From the NCBI GenBank assembly GCA_041737575.1, contig JBGSRM010000095.1, positions 1-49,089 of the forward strand: a DNA stretch of 49,089 nucleotides, read 5' to 3'. Shown here one piece after another: positions 44,056-49,089 of the stretch. How positions within the stretch are numbered: position 1 is the first letter of the stretch; each line of letters begins with the position of its first letter. A model generated the notes under the pieces. That model searched no databases. It was given only the letters and a program-made list of their open reading frames with translations, and was not told the origin of the DNA. The position numbers and the translations under genes were made by a program. The stretch is from Akkermansiaceae bacterium (GTDB taxonomy: Bacteria; Verrucomicrobiota; Verrucomicrobiia; Verrucomicrobiales; Akkermansiaceae).

Positions 44056-46422
44056 TCACAACATCGATCTCCCGATCATCAACAGCCTCAGCCCGTTCAA
44101 ACACACGAGTACCGTGCTCCCTTCATGCCCGATCACACCTATCGGTAGGGGCAATGAAAATCCAAGCGCGCCAACCACCAAAACAACAATGACCGCCATC
44201 GCGAAAGTCAGATTTTGCAAAAGAACCCGCCTGGCTCTCCGCGCGTGATTCAACAGCAACGGTATGTTCTCCAGCCGGTCTCCCATCAAAACAACATCTG
44301 CCGTTTCCATCGCAACATCCGTCCCAGCCGCACCCATGGCAACACTGAGGTCGGACGCGGCAAGCGCGGGCGCGTCGTTCACTCCATCCCCGATCATCAT
44401 AACCCTACCCTCCAGCTTCAACTGCCGGATGATCGCCAGCTTGTCTTCGGGCAAGGTCTCGGCATGAACCTCATCAATTCCCACTTCCTTCGCGATCGAT
44501 TGAGCCACCAATCTCTGGTCGCCCGTCAGCATCACAACCTTCTTGATACCCGACTCATGCAGCTTCTGAATCATCTCCTTCGCCTCAAGCCTCACCGTAT
44601 CCGCCATCACAAACACCGCTTTCGCTTCGATTACATCACCTGTCTTTGCGCCCATCCAAACACACGTGCTTCCCTTTTCCTGAAATTGTCTCACTGAAAC
44701 TCGCAGCAAATCCATTCCGCTGGCGTTGCTTTCCTGAAGCCAGCGCTCGCTGCCGATCACATGACGCTTGTTGTCCACACTCGCCTCCGCACCCTTGCCG
44801 GTCACGGATTGAAACCCTGTCGCCTCCGCCATCTCAATTCCTGACTTTGTCGCGGCATCGACTATCGCATGGGCAAGAGGATGCTCCGATCTCGACTCCA
44901 GCGCCGCCGCCGTCCTCAAAAGCGACAGGATCTCCTTGTTCGCATCCGCGGATCTTTCCCAGATTCCATTCGTGGTAACGATCTCGGTCAGCGATGGCTT
45001 GCCCACGGTCAGCGTCCCTGTCTTGTCCACGGCTACTATATCTATCGTAGATGCACGCTCCAGATGTGAACCGCCTTTCACAAGGATGCCCCTCCTTGCC
45101 GCCCCTCCGATCGCCGAAAGTACGGTCGCGGGTGTGCTTATGATCAGCGCACACGGTGAGGCGACAACCATCACTGTCATCGCCCTGTAAAATGCTTTGG
45201 GAAAATCCTCCGACCACATGAGCCATGGCACCAAAAACACACCAACGGTGAACAAAATTACACCCATCGCATAATACTGCTCGGCGGATTCAAGAAACCG
45301 CTGCGTCCCTGACTTTTCCGCCTGTGCTTCCGCTACCAACTTCACCATTCTCGCCAATGCCGAATCATCGGATCGCTTTGTCACCTCCAGTTCTATGCCT
45401 CCGCTCTGGTTGATGGTCCCCGCAAAAAGATCGCTCCCGATCAATTTAGCAACCGGCATCGACTCGCCGGTCAGCGACGATTCGTCAACATGCGTATTTC
45501 CCTCGGTCAACCTACCATCCACGGGAATTTGCTCACCCGGCTTGACCACGACGATCTCCCCCACATGCAACTCCTCCACACGAACACGCACCGTCTCACC
45601 ACCCCGCTTCACCAAAGCCTCATCAGGACGCAAGGTAAGCAACGCCTCGATCGCCCGCTGCGTCCGCCCCATCGCATACCTCTGCAACACATTGGAAAAG
45701 CTGAACAAAAACAACAGCAACGCCCCCTCGAACGGCGCCCCGATCACAGCAGCACCCAACGCGGCCAGAACCATCAGCACATCCACATCAAGCACCTTGT
45801 CCTTCAACGATGCGAACGCTGACTTCACTCCCTCCTGCCCCGCGAAAAAATATGCACCCGCATAGATGGCGTGCGTCCACCAACTGATCCCCACAACGCG
45901 CTCAATAATCACAGCCGCAACCAGAAACACCAAACCAAGAGCACAGGAAATCTCTTCGTTGAAATCACCGCTTTTAAGTCGCTCTGAGAAATTCTTGATA
46001 TCCACCTTGCTCTTTTCAAGAGGCCGCAGCTCGGCACCCGTTTGCTTCACTCCGGCGACAACCTCATCTTCCTGCGTTTTGCTCGTATCAAATGTCAGGC
46101 ATAGCACCTTGCCCAGATATGTCGCTGTTGCACGGCGCACCCCCGGAATCTTCACGACCTTTTTCTCGAGTCGCAACGCGCTTGCCTCAGACCCGGAGTT
46201 TTCCAGTCGGAAACTCAGCTTCTTCAACTCCATCGAAACACGCCCTACATCCTCACTCGCAAATTTGCGTATCTCACGTTCGCTCAGCTCCGCAGGATCA
46301 AAATCAATTTCCAGCCTCCCCAACGAAGGATCCGCCCGCACCCCGACAATGCCCTCTTTCTGCGCCAGATCTTCAATAGCACCCCCCACCAGCTCCGTAT
46401 TGCCTTCACTTTCGTTCTTCAT
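44056..46422 (-). CDS. Heavy-metal P1B-type ATPase (P1B-4-like)
   Basis: TGES, SPC in TM, DKTGT, SEHP, GDGVNDAP, HEGST; N-terminal HMA-like domains lack CxxC. Confidence 0.93.
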   Translation of the reverse strand: MKNESEGNTELVGGAIEDLAQKEGIVGVRADPSLGRLEIDFDPAELSEREIRKFASEDVGRVSMELKKLSFRLENSGSEASALRLEKKVVKIPGVRRATATYLGKVLCLTFDTSKTQEDEVVAGVKQTGAELRPLEKSKVDIKNFSERLKSGDFNEEISCALGLVFLVAAVIIERVVGISWWTHAIYAGAYFFAGQEGVKSAFASLKDKVLDVDVLMVLAALGAAVIGAPFEGALLLFLFSFSNVLQRYAMGRTQRAIEALLTLRPDEALVKRGGETVRVRVEELHVGEIVVVKPGEQIPVDGRLTEGNTHVDESSLTGESMPVAKLIGSDLFAGTINQSGGIELEVTKRSDDSALARMVKLVAEAQAEKSGTQRFLESAEQYYAMGVILFTVGVFLVPWLMWSEDFPKAFYRAMTVMVVASPCALIISTPATVLSAIGGAARRGILVKGGSHLERASTIDIVAVDKTGTLTVGKPSLTEIVTTNGIWERSADANKEILSLLRTAAALESRSEHPLAHAIVDAATKSGIEMAEATGFQSVTGKGAEASVDNKRHVIGSERWLQESNASGMDLLRVSVRQFQEKGSTCVWMGAKTGDVIEAKAVFVMADTVRLEAKEMIQKLHESGIKKVVMLTGDQRLVAQSIAKEVGIDEVHAETLPEDKLAIIRQLKLEGRVMMIGDGVNDAPALAASDLSVAMGAAGTDVAMETADVVLMGDRLENIPLLLNHARRARRVLLQNLTFAMAVIVVLVVGALGFSLPLPIGVIGHEGSTVLVCLNGLRLLMIGRSML

Positions 46423-47498
46423 GGGGACAGGATTCCTGTTCGTTTCATCTTATCCGCCTTCAGCATGCCGCAGCCTGCGGCCACATCGATACCGCGCCTT
46501 TGCCTGAAAGTGCAGGGTATCCCCGCCTCACGTATCACCCTCTGGAACCTGGCTCCACTCTCACTCGCTTCACCGCAATATCCGTTCGTAGGATTCAGCG
46601 GAATGATGTTCACGTGACTGTCAATACCATCCAACAAATCAACCAACCGCCTTGCTGTCTCCTCCGAATCGTTCTTTCCGGCAATCAACGTCCATTCAAA
46701 AAATATTCTCTTCCCGGTCATTTCGCAGTAAGTCCGACACGCCGAAATCAACATCTCCAGATTCCACTTCTTGCTGGCAGGCACCAGCGCGGCCCGCTCC
46801 TCCTCCGTCGAACCATGAAGACTCACCGCCAGGCGAAACGGAACACCTTCCTCTGCCATCCGTAAAATATTAGGTACGACACCTACCGTACTTATCGCAA
46901 TCCGTGATGCCCCGATCGATGCGCCCCGCACATTGGAAACGATACCCATCGCCTTCATCACCGCGTCATAATTATGCAGCGGTTCCCCCATTCCCATCAG
47001 CACGATATTGCGAAGACGGCGATCCGGATGACTCACTGCAAGCGCACGTCTCACATGTCGGATTTGAGCCACGATTTCCCCAACAGTCAGATGCCTTACA
47101 AAACCCATCTGCCCCGTCGCGCAAAACACACAACCCATCGCGCAACCCGCCTGCGAGCTAAGACAAGCCGTGAAACGCCCGTCATAACCCATCAGCACCG
47201 TCTCAATCACCTGCCCATCGCTCAGCCGCAGCAAATACTTCCTCGTCAAACCATCGCTGCTATGGATCTCCTCCTCTTGAAACAGGCCATCAACAAAAAA
47301 ACGCCGTTCCTCTCCCACATTCTCAACCAACCAACGTCGCAACGGTGGTAAAAAATCATTGCCATACAAATCCATCACATTCTCCCGATGCAACGCACGC
47401 CACAACGCCTTCGCATGGTGCTTCAAAACGCCATCCGCAGACAGCACGGCTTCGAGCTCGGAAAAATCCAACCCGAGAAGTGATTCAGGAGACTGCAT
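46419..47498 (-). CDS. rlmN: Radical SAM dual-specificity RNA methyltransferase
   Basis: IETVL, CLSSQAGCAMGCVFCATG, MGMGEP, ISTVG, AVSLH, DVAAGCG; TGATG and ATGA overlaps with neighbours. Confidence 0.88.
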   Translation of the reverse strand: MQSPESLLGLDFSELEAVLSADGVLKHHAKALWRALHRENVMDLYGNDFLPPLRRWLVENVGEERRFFVDGLFQEEEIHSSDGLTRKYLLRLSDGQVIETVLMGYDGRFTACLSSQAGCAMGCVFCATGQMGFVRHLTVGEIVAQIRHVRRALAVSHPDRRLRNIVLMGMGEPLHNYDAVMKAMGIVSNVRGASIGASRIAISTVGVVPNILRMAEEGVPFRLAVSLHGSTEEERAALVPASKKWNLEMLISACRTYCEMTGKRIFFEWTLIAGKNDSEETARRLVDLLDGIDSHVNIIPLNPTNGYCGEASESGARFQRVIREAGIPCTFRQRRGIDVAAGCGMLKADKMKRTGILSP

Positions 47499-48769
47499 CA
47501 AGGATCAACAGGTTCAGCCCGCAAAGGTGCTGGGTCGGGTAATTCCGGCTCATCCACAGGAATCGCGCGCTCCGGCACAGGGACGGCTCTCGGCGCTTCC
47601 TCTTCGGAATTTAGCTCTTCCTCATCCACCGGCACCGCACGCTGTGGCCGCACCAACACCGGCTCGGGAGGTGCCGGCTCCTCTTCCTCGATCACTTCCA
47701 CAGGCTCAGCATCAGTAACCTCAATCAGCTTCAGCTCCCCCGGTGGTGCCTTCCGCATCTTGATCTCCACCCGGCGGTTTGGAGCCTGCGCATCCGCATC
47801 ACCGGATGTGATCAGTGGCTTCGTCTTCCCATAACCCAACGTATAAATCCGATCCGGATCCATACGCATCGACTCCACCAGATACGTCTTCACCGCCTCC
47901 GCACGCCGCTTCGATAGCTCCACATTCGACTGATGCCCGCCGATCAAATCCGTATGACCCTCAATCCAGCAATACAAATCGGGATTCTTGTCCAGCAACA
48001 AAGCCAGCTTCATCAAGCCAACCTTCGCGCTCTCCCGCAACTCCGCACGGTTGAACTCGAACAGCAAATCACTCGGCAACATCGTCTTCTTGGAGAGCAA
48101 CAAATTCTCCGGTAAATCAAGAAGCGCGTCCAACGATTCAATCCCATCCAAACTCCCGTTCTCAACCAAACCCTGATTCCCCTTCTTGATCAGATCATCC
48201 GTAAAAGCCGTCGTGCTGTCCTCGTCCAACTGCAGCGCACCCGGATCCACCGTGATCTGCCCCACCGCCGCAGGCGTCAAATCACTCTCCATCCTTCCGA
48301 AGTCCGGCAAGTCAGATTCCAAATCAAAATGCTTCGATGCCTCCACCTCCAAAGCATCCACCTCCCCCGAAGCCAGCGGATTCGACAGCTTCAACGCATA
48401 CTCCGGATCCATCACCTCCGGCGAAATATCGATCTCCACATTCTCAGGAAGCAAATCCAGCAAATCAATCTCCTCCATCAACGGCGCCGTATCATCCGGA
48501 GGAACCACCATATCCTCTTCAGGTGCGACCGACTCCTCCACATACGGCTTCACCTCCACACGCCGCACATTCACCGGCCCAGTCACCAACTCCTCCGGTT
48601 GCGTGAAACCCAGCACAATCTTGATGCGATCCAGCGCGAAAAACAAAACCACATGCAGCAAAATCGATAGCACCAATGCCACCGCCGCCCACCTTCCCAA
48701 ATGATCAGGCCCGGGCAATTGATAGCTATCGCCACCACGCTCATAATTCCATTGAACCTCCGGCTCCAT
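47498..48769 (-). CDS. Membrane-anchored OmpA/MotB C-terminal domain protein
   Basis: N-terminal TM (SILLHVVLFF); LLFEFNRAEL, IEGHTD, NVELSKRRAEAV, GYGKTKP, NRRVEI; acidic Pro-rich tail. Confidence 0.88.
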   Translation of the reverse strand: MEPEVQWNYERGGDSYQLPGPDHLGRWAAVALVLSILLHVVLFFALDRIKIVLGFTQPEELVTGPVNVRRVEVKPYVEESVAPEEDMVVPPDDTAPLMEEIDLLDLLPENVEIDISPEVMDPEYALKLSNPLASGEVDALEVEASKHFDLESDLPDFGRMESDLTPAAVGQITVDPGALQLDEDSTTAFTDDLIKKGNQGLVENGSLDGIESLDALLDLPENLLLSKKTMLPSDLLFEFNRAELRESAKVGLMKLALLLDKNPDLYCWIEGHTDLIGGHQSNVELSKRRAEAVKTYLVESMRMDPDRIYTLGYGKTKPLITSGDADAQAPNRRVEIKMRKAPPGELKLIEVTDAEPVEVIEEEEPAPPEPVLVRPQRAVPVDEEELNSEEEAPRAVPVPERAIPVDEPELPDPAPLRAEPVDP

Positions 48770-48885
48770 GCAAACATCATAAACCAGCGTTTCGTGCTGG
48801 CAATGCCGGAAAATTGGACATATTCCATATAGCGGCATCCTTCCTGCTTAACCGACGCCACAACCACAACCCTCCCCAAACCACC

Positions 48886-49089
48886 ATGCCCGCTAAAAAA
48901 ACAACAAAAAAAGCCGCCGCCAAAAAGACAGTCGCCAAAAAAGCTGCCAAAACTCCTGCGAAAAAAACAGCCGCCAAAAAAGCCGCCACCTCACCCAAAA
49001 AATCCACCCCGTCCACCGAGGCCATCGCCAAAGCAGCCTACCTTAACTACCGCCGCCGCGTGGAACTCGGCCTGCCCGGCGACCACGAT
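48886..49089 (+). CDS. Histone H1-like Lys/Ala-rich protein with DUF2934-like segment (partial, runs off the window)
   Basis: MPAKKTTKKAAAKKTVAKKAAKTPAKKTAAKKAA...EAIAKAAYLNYRRRVELGLPGDHD; no stop before the window end. Confidence 0.75.
   Translation, partial: MPAKKTTKKAAAKKTVAKKAAKTPAKKTAAKKAATSPKKSTPSTEAIAKAAYLNYRRRVELGLPGDHD

Noticed and set aside
46419-47498. Cfr resistance methyltransferase
   Set aside because: The MGMGEP motif and chromosomal housekeeping context favour RlmN.
48886-49000. Nucleotide tandem repeat (GCCGCCAAAAAA)
   Set aside because: Explained by AAKK coding repeats of a histone-like protein.

Overview
49-kb bacterial chromosomal window, probably Verrucomicrobiota (inferred from gene repertoire and SD-poor starts, not proven). 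It is mostly housekeeping and accessory genes: murA, prmC, accD, a RimK-family pair, an RND efflux operon, lipB, ruvC, a circularly permuted ATP-grasp/alpha-E/transglutaminase trio, add, ispH, a P1B ATPase, rlmN and an OmpA-family gene. The standout is a minus-strand locus at about 28.6-33.9 kb that the ORF track leaves largely blank. In transcription order it holds a 53-codon leader ORF with a terminator/antiterminator pair (candidate ribosome-coupled attenuator), several unexplained structured RNAs, seven CCA-encoding tRNA genes, three Y-RNA-like ncRNAs, Ro60/TROVE, RtcB and an HNH nuclease. Six of the tRNAs share a co-varied non-canonical elbow (A18/G55). The Y-RNA-like ncRNAs carry tRNA-mimic or anticodon-loop inserts. 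A ~63-bp imperfect inverted repeat brackets the tRNA/Y RNA/Ro60 block. The + strand shifts from G/T-rich to C/A-rich across about 25-37 kb, suggesting the replication terminus region. All calls come from manual reading; no searches or folding programs were run.
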